Positions 8,186 through 15,851 of a stretch of DNA of 28,759 nucleotides are shown in pieces (position 1 is the stretch's first letter; every line of letters starts with the position of its first letter). Origin of the DNA: Opitutia bacterium (GTDB lineage Bacteria > Verrucomicrobiota > Verrucomicrobiia > Opitutales > T3Sed10-336); contig JBJHCF010000056.1 of NCBI GenBank assembly GCA_050506795.1, positions 1 to 28,759 of the forward strand. The letters are read 5' to 3'. A program made the position numbers and the translations under genes. The notes under the pieces were generated by a model that had not been told where the DNA came from, searched no databases, and was given only the letters and a program-made list of their open reading frames with translations.

Positions 8186-8602
8186 ATGGTTTACGGCAAA
8201 GAAATTCATCTCAGCACCAAGGGCTTTTCGGACATCCATGACGTGACCGCCGCGATCGGCGAGATCATCACCGCAAGCGGCATCCGCGACGGGCTGGTTT
8301 CGGTCACGTCGATCGGTTCCACGGCCTCGGTGACGACGATCGAATACGAGCCGGCGCTGGTCGAGGACTTCCGGGAGTTGCTGGAAAAACTCGCCCCCGT
8401 CGACCAACCCACCCGGCACGGCCGTACCTGGGGCGACGACAACGGGTTCTCCCACCTCCGCGCCTCCCTCATGGGCCCCGGCGTCACCTTGCCGCTCGTG
8501 GACGGACGCCTCTTACTCGGAACTTGGCAGCAGGTGGTGGTCGTCGATCACGACAACCGCCCCCGCGACCGCCGCATCCGTGTCCAGGTGGTGGGTGAGT
8601 AG
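8186..8602 (+). CDS. yjbQ: YjbQ/UPF0047 family protein (secondary thiamine-phosphate synthase family)
   Basis: GSTASVTTIEYEP, H..TWGDDNGFSHLRASLMGP, LLGTWQQ and DHDNRPRDR; ATG at 8186 preferred. Confidence 0.9.
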   Translation: MVYGKEIHLSTKGFSDIHDVTAAIGEIITASGIRDGLVSVTSIGSTASVTTIEYEPALVEDFRELLEKLAPVDQPTRHGRTWGDDNGFSHLRASLMGPGVTLPLVDGRLLLGTWQQVVVVDHDNRPRDRRIRVQVVGE

Positions 8603-8718
8603 GAATCCTGATAAATCAACCTCCTCGAACTCTTCGAACAGTTCTGGCACCGACTTTTCACCACGGCCGGTACACCCCCCCACGCAGTGGCCGGCTCAGA
8701 CCGCCAGCCTTTGTGCCC

Positions 8719-8770
8719 GAAAGAAGTTGACTCACACGGACCATGAAAGAAGTTGACTCACACGGACCAT
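8719..8770 (+). repeat. Perfect 26-bp tandem duplication
   Basis: gaaagaagttgactcacacggaccat at 8719-8744 and 8745-8770. Confidence 0.95.
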
Positions 8771-8780
8771 TCCAGATACT
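8752..8780 (+). promoter_or_regulatory. Putative sigma70 promoter
   Basis: TTGACT-N17-GATACT, ending 7 nt upstream of ATG 8788. Confidence 0.6.
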
Positions 8781-8787
8781 CACAATC

Positions 8788-9930
8788 ATGAAAGGTACAC
8801 CCCTGCTCCTTGTTATCCTGGCCTCGGTGACCCTTGCCCTTGTTGTGGGCGCCAGCCCCGATAATGACTATGATTTCACGGTCACCCACGGAGAAGCAAC
8901 CATAAGGGGGTACACGGGCCCGGGCGGAGATGTGGTAATCCCGTCCACCCTCGGGGGTTATCCGGTGGTCGCTATATCGAGGTACCGAGCGGGTGGTCCG
9001 GTATTCGGACCGAACGAAACCCTGACGAGCATCGTCATTCCCGACAGCGTCACCTCAATCGGAGCCTGGGCATTTGAAGGCAGCACGAGCCTGACCAGCA
9101 TTGAGATCCCCGACAGCGTCACTTTTATTGAAACAGGAGCCTTTACGGGATGCACGAGCCTCGCCACCATCAATGTCGATCCCGACAATTCCGACTTCAG
9201 CAGTATCTCAGGGGTTTTGTTTAACGCCGAACAAACAGTGCTCCATACCTATCCGGCGGGAAAAACCGATAGCGCTTATGAGATCCCCGACAGCGTCACT
9301 TCCATCGGAATCTGGGCCTTTTCGGGCTGCAAGAGCCTCACCAACGTAGAAATCCCCGACAGCGTCACTTCCATCGGACACCAAGCCTTTCAAGGTTGCA
9401 CCAACCTCGAACGCACCATCTTTAGAGGTAGCGCACCCTCAATCAGCTCCTTGGTCTTTGCCAACACCGCCCCGGATTTCGCCGTCTTTTACTTCGACGG
9501 GGCCGACGGCTTCACCTCGCCGACCTGGGAAGGCTATCCGGCAATGAATCTGGGCCAATCGCGTCCCTTCACTGAATGGCTTGTCGACTCAGAAGTTCTA
9601 TCGGCCCACTACACCGGCCCGGCAACCGACCTGAACAACGACGGCGTCAGCTTGTTGATGGCCTTTGCCCTGGACCAGGATCCCCGCAACAATTTGCGCG
9701 GCCATATGCCTCAGGCGGTGCATTCGAACGGCAACCTGAGCATGCATTTTTTCGGCGACCAACCCGGGATCAATTACACCGTGGAGGCCAGCACGGACCT
9801 GGTCGACTGGGACTCCGCCGGGGTCACTCTCTCCGAGCCCGACGCCGAAGGCAACCAGACCGCCATGGTCGATACGGAGGACCACGATACCCTCTTCCTC
9901 CGCCTCGTCGTTGCGGAGTCTTCCCCCTAA
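8788..9930 (+). CDS. Secreted BspA-type leucine-rich repeat (LRR_5) protein
   Basis: Signal peptide MKGTPLLLVILASVTLALVVG; repeated IPDSVTSIG..AF.GC..L units; C-terminal YTVEASTDLVDW...FLRL domain typical of verrucomicrobial exported proteins. Confidence 0.88.
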   Translation: MKGTPLLLVILASVTLALVVGASPDNDYDFTVTHGEATIRGYTGPGGDVVIPSTLGGYPVVAISRYRAGGPVFGPNETLTSIVIPDSVTSIGAWAFEGSTSLTSIEIPDSVTFIETGAFTGCTSLATINVDPDNSDFSSISGVLFNAEQTVLHTYPAGKTDSAYEIPDSVTSIGIWAFSGCKSLTNVEIPDSVTSIGHQAFQGCTNLERTIFRGSAPSISSLVFANTAPDFAVFYFDGADGFTSPTWEGYPAMNLGQSRPFTEWLVDSEVLSAHYTGPATDLNNDGVSLLMAFALDQDPRNNLRGHMPQAVHSNGNLSMHFFGDQPGINYTVEASTDLVDWDSAGVTLSEPDAEGNQTAMVDTEDHDTLFLRLVVAESSP

Positions 9931-9962
9931 TCCGGCGGAACCAGTACCAATCAGGAGTTACG

Positions 9963-10028
9963 TGGAGGGCAACGCTCCGCCGTTGCCGATTCGCCGATCC
10001 GGCGGCAACGGCGGAGCGTTGCCCTCCA
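9963..10028. repeat. Perfect 26-bp inverted GGAG-type REP doublet
   Basis: tggagggcaacgctccgccgttgccg, 14-nt spacer, cggcaacggcggagcgttgccctcca. Confidence 0.92.
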
Positions 10029-10177
10029 GAAAATCTTGCGCGATTTGCGCAAGATTTCAGAATTAAGGGACTAGAATTGTGCGGCTTTCACGGGGGTTAA
10101 TGCATCCGTTTATCACTTGAACGTTTCAAAATCTACGCTTGCACAACCCAATCCAGGAATCCTTATAATCATCACCC

Positions 10178-10894
10178 ATGTGGAGAAGCCCCGGATCCGA
10201 ACGAGGTGTTGGCAGGAAATACACGCCGCGCGAACTGTCCGCTCTGATCTATCCGCTCGACTTCGTGCTCGACGGGTTGAGGTTCCACTCGCCGGAGGAG
10301 GCAATGAACGAGTTGTCTCTTCACAAGTACGATCCGGACGAATTGATCTTCGGGTTCTACGAACTGTTCCAGTCGCTTTTGACCGATCTCCCGATCCCGA
10401 AGGACGAGCACCCCGGCTACCAGAAGGCGATGGTGGCCGAACTTCTGCAACAACTGTACGGTCTGGTGGAATCGGAGTGCCTTTGCGATGGGAACGATGA
10501 TCTCGATGACGAACCGGACCTCGCTTCCGACTCGGCTCGCCAGGCGGCGTGGACGAGTTACCTCGCCCTCTGCCATCGTCACGGATCGACCGAAAACCCG
10601 GCGGACCGGCTAGGCCTGGACATCGCGGATCCCGAGGCCCACCTCTCGCCGCGCCTGACCCGCGACGAATGGGAATCCCTGCTGGTGACCGGCGGTCTGT
10701 TCGACGCCCTTCTCTGGGACACCGACTGGCGCATGGAAATCATGCTCGACAAACCCGAATACGCCACCGAGGAAGTCCGGAAATTGTTGGGCTACGATCT
10801 TCACACTGTCCAACGCCTCGCCCCCAGCCCCACTCCCGAACAACTCGAAACCGCGACACGCTACCTGCGCGAGTTGGGACGGACGATCGAGTAG
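10178..10894 (+). CDS. Hypothetical acidic protein
   Basis: 238-aa ORF with protein-like composition (LLWDTDWRME); TATAAT at 10164-10169 lies 8 nt before the ATG. Confidence 0.7.
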   Translation: MWRSPGSERGVGRKYTPRELSALIYPLDFVLDGLRFHSPEEAMNELSLHKYDPDELIFGFYELFQSLLTDLPIPKDEHPGYQKAMVAELLQQLYGLVESECLCDGNDDLDDEPDLASDSARQAAWTSYLALCHRHGSTENPADRLGLDIADPEAHLSPRLTRDEWESLLVTGGLFDALLWDTDWRMEIMLDKPEYATEEVRKLLGYDLHTVQRLAPSPTPEQLETATRYLRELGRTIE

Positions 10895-10917
10895 GAAGCG
10901 CCCGCGCTCCTAACCGA

Positions 10918-10985
10918 GTGACACAGGCATTCCTGCCTGTGGTCCACATGATGCCGGTGGCCATGCCGGAGCATGGCCCTCCAGG
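10918..10985. repeat. Two REP-like palindromes between convergent genes
   Basis: gtga-cacaggca-ttcc-tgcctgtg (10918-10941) and minus-strand cctGGAG-ggccatg-ctccgg-catggcc (10958-10985). Confidence 0.75.
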
Positions 10986-11049
10986 GGATTTTCCGGATGC
11001 GATTCGGTCAATCCAAGACGGCTTCGGTCAAGCATCGTGCCTATGCGCA

Positions 11050-12723
11050 TCAGGCTTCGCTCAGGATCATTTCGCTGTTGGCGGCGCCGGGAGGAACCAT
11101 GGGGAAGACGTTTTCGCCGAGGTTCGCCGGAGCGTGGATCAGGCAGGGACCTGGTTCGCGCAATGCGGCTTCCAGCTTTTGGTCGGCATCGGGTTCGGTC
11201 ATGGAGAATCCCGGGATGCCGAAACTTTCGGCCAGGGACACGTAGTCGATCTGCCGCCGGAAGTTCACCGCGAGGTGACGCTTTCTATAGAAGAGGTGCT
11301 GCTGCTGATTGACCAGTCCGTAGCCGCGGTTGTCGAAAAGGACGAGTTTAATGTTTAAACCGTGCTCCTCCATGGTGGCGAGTTCCTGGACGTTCATGAG
11401 AAAACTTCCGTCGCCGGAGAAACAGATCACGGTCTTCTCCGGCGCCCGCAAAGCCGCCCCGATGGCGGCGGGGAGCCCGAAACCCATGGTTCCGAGTCCG
11501 CCCGAGGTCAGCCATTGACGCGGATTCCGAAACGGGAACGCCTGCGCGACCCGCATCTGGTGCTGGCCGACGTCGGTGGTGATGATGGCGTCCGCCCCGG
11601 CGGTTTCCCCGCAGTATCGGATCATCCCATACGAACGATGCGGATCCTCGATCCCGTCCATGCGCGAAGGGTGATCGGCCTTGAGACGTTCGATCGCCGC
11701 CCGCCACCCGGGGCGTTCGGCCGGCTCCAGGACCTCGCTCCAGGCCGAGAGGGCCGTGGCCGCGTCGGCGATCAGCGAAACCGTGGGCTTGCGGATCTTG
11801 CCGATTTCGCTGGCGTCGATATCGACGTGGATGACGGAGGCGTCCGGGCAAAACTTCGCGACCTTGCCGGTGGCGCGGTCGTCGAACCGAACCCCGACGG
11901 CGATCAGCAGATCGCACGCCTCCAGCGCGCGGTTGGTGTACGCCGCCCCGTGCATGCCGAGCATACCCAGATTGTTCGGATGATCCCACGGCAGGGTTCC
12001 CAAGCCCATGAGTGTGGTGGTGACCGGGATGTCGCAACGTTCACTGATTTCGAGCAGCGCCCCTTCCCCGCCGCTGCCGATCAAACCGCCGCCGACGTAA
12101 AAAATGGGGCGCCGGGCGTTACAGATCATTTCGACCGAACGTGCCAACACGGCCTTCGGCAATGTGGACGCCGTCTCCTCCGGAACACCCGGTTCGGGCC
12201 AGGTCTCAACGGGTGTCATGGCATTCTGGATATCCTTGGGGACATCGATCAGAACCGGACCAGGACGACCGGAGGCCGCCACCCGGAACGCCTCCGGAAT
12301 GACCTCCAACAATTCGCGAATGTCGCGAACCAGATAATTGTGCTTGGTGATCGGGACGCTGAGGCCGTAGGTATCGACCTCCTGAAACGCGTCGGTTCCG
12401 ATGAGTCCGAGCGGCACCTGACCGGTGATACAGACCAGCGGAACGCTGTCCATGCGGGCATCTGCGATGGCGGTCAACAAGTTGGTCACGCCGGGACCGG
12501 AGGTGGCAAAACACACCTCGGGTTTTCGCGAAACGCGCGCCATCCCCTGGGCGATAAAACCCGCGCCCTGTTCGTGCCGGGCGAGGACGTGACGAATCTG
12601 CCGGCTCTCGTAAAGGGCGTCGTAGATCGGAAGGTTCGCGCCGCCGGGAATGCCCGCGATGATGTCAACGCCCTGGCGTTCGAGAAGTTTGATGATGATT
12701 TCGGCTCCGCTGTATCCAGTCAT
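11050..12723 (-). CDS. ilvB: Acetolactate synthase large subunit (AHAS I-like)
   Basis: GIPGGANLP, ARHEQGAGFIAQGMAR, GTDAFQEVD, RFDDRATG, TDVGQHQM, SGGLGTMGFGLP, GDGSFLMN; start at ATG 12723 (MTGYSGAE). Confidence 0.95.
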   Translation of the reverse strand: MTGYSGAEIIIKLLERQGVDIIAGIPGGANLPIYDALYESRQIRHVLARHEQGAGFIAQGMARVSRKPEVCFATSGPGVTNLLTAIADARMDSVPLVCITGQVPLGLIGTDAFQEVDTYGLSVPITKHNYLVRDIRELLEVIPEAFRVAASGRPGPVLIDVPKDIQNAMTPVETWPEPGVPEETASTLPKAVLARSVEMICNARRPIFYVGGGLIGSGGEGALLEISERCDIPVTTTLMGLGTLPWDHPNNLGMLGMHGAAYTNRALEACDLLIAVGVRFDDRATGKVAKFCPDASVIHVDIDASEIGKIRKPTVSLIADAATALSAWSEVLEPAERPGWRAAIERLKADHPSRMDGIEDPHRSYGMIRYCGETAGADAIITTDVGQHQMRVAQAFPFRNPRQWLTSGGLGTMGFGLPAAIGAALRAPEKTVICFSGDGSFLMNVQELATMEEHGLNIKLVLFDNRGYGLVNQQQHLFYRKRHLAVNFRRQIDYVSLAESFGIPGFSMTEPDADQKLEAALREPGPCLIHAPANLGENVFPMVPPGAANSEMILSEA

Positions 12724-12761
12724 GGTGTGTTTTTCGTTTGGAAGCCGTTGCGACGGGACGC

Positions 12762-12795
12762 AAAAAAAGAACCCCGCCGCGCCGGCAGGGTTCTT
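12762..12795 (-). terminator. Attenuator terminator upstream of ilvB
   Basis: Minus strand AAGAACCCTGCCG-GCG-CGGCGGGGTTCTT followed by a T run. Confidence 0.9.
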
Positions 12796-12823
12796 GTGAT
12801 TAGGAAAATCTCGATTCAACCCA

Positions 12824-12928
12824 CTACCGCGCGACGTGCCCGAATACAAGGACCACGACAACTAGCACCAACCGCACCACGAGGTTGTGGATTGAAGTGT
12901 CAATGCGGTTGTACGACGTGCGACTCAT
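12824..12928 (-). CDS. ilvB leader peptide (ivbL-like attenuation peptide)
   Basis: Hand-translated MSRTSYNRIDTSIHNLVVRLVLVVVVLVFGHVAR*, with a Leu/Val codon run directly upstream of the terminator hairpin. Confidence 0.88.
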   Translation of the reverse strand: MSRTSYNRIDTSIHNLVVRLVLVVVVLVFGHVAR

Positions 12929-13220
12929 AGGTGAAGAATAACCTCAGGCACTTTGGTTGCGTAAAAAGTCATGTCTGTCAATCGCCAAATCGGAAAATTT
13001 ATCGACCCGGTACAATCTGTTGTTTCGCAAGCGGTTTTGTCATCATTTGGTAATCCTCTCTTCCAGAATTCCTCACCGTCACATCGCACCAAAAGGCAAA
13101 GCCGAGGGACTTTCAAGAATAAAAGATATTGTTTTCTTGTTTTATCTATGTGCAGTGCTACAAAGGAAATGATGTCGGTCTGAAACCGACGTGAAAACAC
13201 GATTCAAAGGAGCAAAACAA

Positions 13221-13577
13221 ATGTCAGCAACCACTTACCAAATCATCCCCAATCTCGCCGCACTGGCGGCGGAGCATTTACGGGAAGCCTCGCCGGACCG
13301 AAACATCCAGGGCCGCAAGGTGCATGCGGATTCCCATGTAAAAATCCTCATCCTCCCCTTCTGTGCCGGCCAGAGCCTGCCCCAGTGCGAGAGCCCGCAC
13401 GCCGGCACCCTGCAGGTGCTCAAGGGACGGGGCGAGGTCACCCTCGGGGGCGAAGCCCGAGCCGTGGAGGAAGGTGCGTTGATCGTGCTTCCGCCAAACC
13501 TGACCCATGGAGTCAAGGCCGATACGGAAATGGCCGTTCTCTTGCAGGTCTTTCTTCACCAGATTTCCGAACAATGA
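13221..13577 (+). CDS. Cupin domain protein
   Basis: AAGGAG RBS; F.AGQSLP...LQVLKGRGEVTLGG...G..IVLPPNLTHGVKA. Confidence 0.85.
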   Translation: MSATTYQIIPNLAALAAEHLREASPDRNIQGRKVHADSHVKILILPFCAGQSLPQCESPHAGTLQVLKGRGEVTLGGEARAVEEGALIVLPPNLTHGVKADTEMAVLLQVFLHQISEQ

Positions 13578-13885
13578 AGATCCTCCTGACCCTCATCGTT
13601 GCACTTCTGGCTTTCTCCGGAGCGAATCTCGCCTCCGATAACAAAAGCGAGAATGAAAAACCGTCCTCTTGGACCCTGATCACCGAAACGCCGGAGGAAG
13701 GATTTCAACTGGCCATTCGTCTCTCCCGCAAAGGCGTAACCGAAACCCAAACCGATCGAGACGTCCTTTTCACCGGGCGCGAAGAATACGCGAAGGATCC
13801 CGAAAGTCTGATCGCCGCCTCCCAGGTGATTGCGATCCATTTTCAGACCATCGCCCAGGCGAACGACTACTGGCGCGAAGACTGA
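13574..13885 (+). CDS. Hexameric tyrosine-coordinated heme protein (HTHP) with signal peptide
   Basis: TLITETPEEGFQLAIRLSR...TQ...R..YAKD...LIA.SQVIA.HFQTIAQANDYW matches HTHP; ATGA coupling with the cupin stop. Confidence 0.88.
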   Translation: MKILLTLIVALLAFSGANLASDNKSENEKPSSWTLITETPEEGFQLAIRLSRKGVTETQTDRDVLFTGREEYAKDPESLIAASQVIAIHFQTIAQANDYWRED

Positions 13886-13911
13886 TTCGCCCCTCGATTA
13901 TCAATTAGATG

Positions 13912-13938
13912 GCGGGCAGAATTGCCCGCGCTCCCAGG
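13912..13938 (-). repeat. REP-like palindrome (GGAG variant)
   Basis: Minus strand cctgGGAGc-gcgggca-attc-tgcccgc. Confidence 0.7.
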
Positions 13939-14011
13939 GGAGATTCAAGCCTAGCGGAAACGGTTCCCGACAACCATTTCCCAGGCGAGGATGCCAGGTT
14001 TGACCGCAGCT

Positions 14012-14188
14012 TCAGCTCAAATCGTCCTCACCGAACTCCGGGCAACAGGAGCCGCGGATTTGATAACATTCATCGCAAATGGGAATGTCGCCGATGAATT
14101 TGTCCGTGGGCAACCCGCAACGCACGCAGGGCGCTTCCGGCTGTCTATCGACCGGGCACTCCCCGGCCGGCTCTCCTTCGGAATTCAT
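14012..14188 (-). CDS. Small Cys-rich (zinc-finger-like) protein, 58 aa
   Basis: MNSEG...CVRC...ICDECY..RGSCCPEFGEDDLS: two CxxC motifs plus CC. Confidence 0.6.
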   Translation of the reverse strand: MNSEGEPAGECPVDRQPEAPCVRCGLPTDKFIGDIPICDECYQIRGSCCPEFGEDDLS

Positions 14189-14281
14189 TGGAAATAACTT
14201 TAAAGCCGTGTCCTCCCCCATGCAAATGGATAATGATGATCTCGGCTTGACGGAATAAGGCGCCGTGTGAAGAATACGTAT

Positions 14282-14533
14282 ATGAAGACTAAACTGACAC
14301 TGACGATCGACCGAAGCATCTCGCACCGGGCGAAGTCGCTGGCACGGCGACAGGGAAGCAGTCTTTCACAACTCGTTGAAAACCTTCTGGCCAACCAAAC
14401 CGAATCGCCTTCCCGATCCTCGGCAAATGAACCGTTCTCAAAGCGCTGGGAAGGGAAAATGAAAGTGTCCGACAGAAAGGATACCCGTTCCCGGATGCTG
14501 AAGAGGAAATATCGCATCGACGAACCGAACTAA
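14282..14533 (+). CDS. DUF6364-like ribbon-helix-helix antitoxin
   Basis: MKTKLTLTID....RAK.LARRQGSSLSQLVENLL; palindrome ATACGTAT (14274-14281) abuts the ATG; stop is 1 nt from the PIN gene. Confidence 0.85.
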   Translation: MKTKLTLTIDRSISHRAKSLARRQGSSLSQLVENLLANQTESPSRSSANEPFSKRWEGKMKVSDRKDTRSRMLKRKYRIDEPN

Positions 14534-14534
14534 G

Positions 14535-14927
14535 ATGCGCCTGTTTATCGACACCGACATCCTGCTGGACGTGCTCCTGAATCGGAGGCCCCATGTGGAA
14601 GCCAGCGGCAAAGTCATGGACTGGGCGGAGGCGAACCCCGGAATGGCAGCCGTCTCCTGGCACGGCCTGGCGAATCTTCACTATCTCAGCAAAATCGGGG
14701 CGGAGGACTTTATTGAGGATTTGATCGGATTCGCCGAAATCCCGGGGACCGGATCCGAGCACATGCGTCAGGCTCTCGACCTGCGGTTCAAAGACCTCGA
14801 GGATGCGATGCAGGTTGCCGCCGCCCTTTTGTTTGGCGCCCAGGTGATCGTGACGCGTAACACGCGTGACTTCAAAGACTCGCCGATTAAAGCCGTCACG
14901 CCGGAAGCTGCCCTGAAAGCAATTTGA
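14535..14927 (+). CDS. PIN-domain (VapC-like) toxin
   Basis: LFIDTDILLDVL, DLEDAMQVAAA, IVTRNTRDF. Confidence 0.9.
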   Translation: MRLFIDTDILLDVLLNRRPHVEASGKVMDWAEANPGMAAVSWHGLANLHYLSKIGAEDFIEDLIGFAEIPGTGSEHMRQALDLRFKDLEDAMQVAAALLFGAQVIVTRNTRDFKDSPIKAVTPEAALKAI

Positions 14928-15132
14928 CCACGTAGATTCACCTGGACCGCCCGGTAAAAAGGGCGCACGTTTTCTTTCGGGCAATATTTGTTTCGAACCC
15001 TTACCCCCCTACCGATCCTTCCGTCGACTCAAAAAACGCAAACTCAAGAAGTTTGCGGGGTTTGTGACCTTGCGTTCCCCGGTAACGCCTCATGTTATCC
15101 AGCGATACGAATCCTCAGACTAGGGATAACTG

Positions 15133-15211
15133 CACCGCAGAGGATGGAAGGTCGCAGAGAAGCGAAACAAAACCCGGATGCCTCCTCTGCGACCTTCCGT
15201 ACTCCGCGGTG
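15133..15211. repeat. Inverted repeat pair with 8/9-nt-periodic arms
   Basis: caccgcagaggatggaaggtcgcagag (15133-15159) and ctctgcgaccttccgtactccgcggtg (15185-15211). Confidence 0.85.
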
Positions 15212-15250
15212 TCCGGATCTTGCCTCAATAACAACAACTTTTCGGTGGTT

Positions 15251-15730
15251 CTACAGATTCATCCACCAAATGCGAAAATTCAGGAACCCGGCAAAAGCAA
15301 CCCAGAGCAGATAAGGCGTCATCAGGGCGCCGGCGATTATCGACCGGGAGTAAAAAGCCGCCGTGGTCAAGGCGATCAGGAGCCAAAGCAGAATCAGTTC
15401 CATGAGCGCAAGACCGGGGCTCTGAAGTCCGAAAAAGAGAACGGACCACAACGCGTTGAAGGGAAGATGGATCACCCAGAGCAACAACGGAACGCGCACG
15501 GAAGCACGCTCCCGTCGCAGCCAAACAAGCCAGGCTGCGATCCCCATGGCCGGGTAAAGCACCGACCAAACGGCGCCGATGAAACGCCCCGAAGGTGTCC
15601 AATCCGGTTTGGCCAGTTCCGCGTACCAGGAATCCACGGACGAACCGGTCGCCAGCCCGCCGATGAAGGCCGCGGCCAGAGGCAGAGCCAGAAAAACGAT
15701 CAGGCCGATAATATTGATAACAATCTTCAT
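15251..15730 (-). CDS. tspO: TspO/MBR tryptophan-rich sensory protein
   Basis: WYAELAKPDWTP, VWSVLY..MG.AAWLVW, NALWSVLFFG, PYLLWVAFA..LN; ATG at 15730. Confidence 0.92.
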   Translation of the reverse strand: MKIVINIIGLIVFLALPLAAAFIGGLATGSSVDSWYAELAKPDWTPSGRFIGAVWSVLYPAMGIAAWLVWLRRERASVRVPLLLWVIHLPFNALWSVLFFGLQSPGLALMELILLWLLIALTTAAFYSRSIIAGALMTPYLLWVAFAGFLNFRIWWMNL

Positions 15731-15851
15731 TGGTTTAAGTTTACTTCGGTCGGTATTGACCTTCGGTGACGGATGCGGTTCGAATGTGGCCTCGACGTTA
15801 CGCGTGTGGGATCTATCGTTCGAGACAAATGACCAAGCAAAAGGCCTTACC

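Noticed and set aside
9020..9410. Nucleotide repeats (cccgacagcgtcac) as a DGR or DNA-level element
   Set aside because: Fully explained by the LRR_5 protein repeats; no reverse transcriptase or adenine-specific variation.
10031..10057. Perfect 11-bp inverted repeat aaatcttgcgc-N5-gcgcaagattt
   Set aside because: Real but single-copy; cannot distinguish operator, terminator or chance, so no function is assigned.
4532..11049. Integron cassette array explaining the string of accessory genes
   Set aside because: No integrase and no convincing attC (RYYYAAC...GTTRRRY) pairs; the intergenic palindromes fit REP-type elements better.
12724..12861. N-terminal extension of IlvB given by the ORF track
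   Set aside because: It runs through the attenuator hairpin; homology starts at ATG 12723. Similar over-extensions were rejected for the ORFs starting at 8165, 8743, 13191, 13385, 14267, 15579, 15925, 22210, 22871 and 27561.
11362..12930. 522-aa plus-strand ORF
   Set aside because: Antisense shadow of ilvB and its attenuator.
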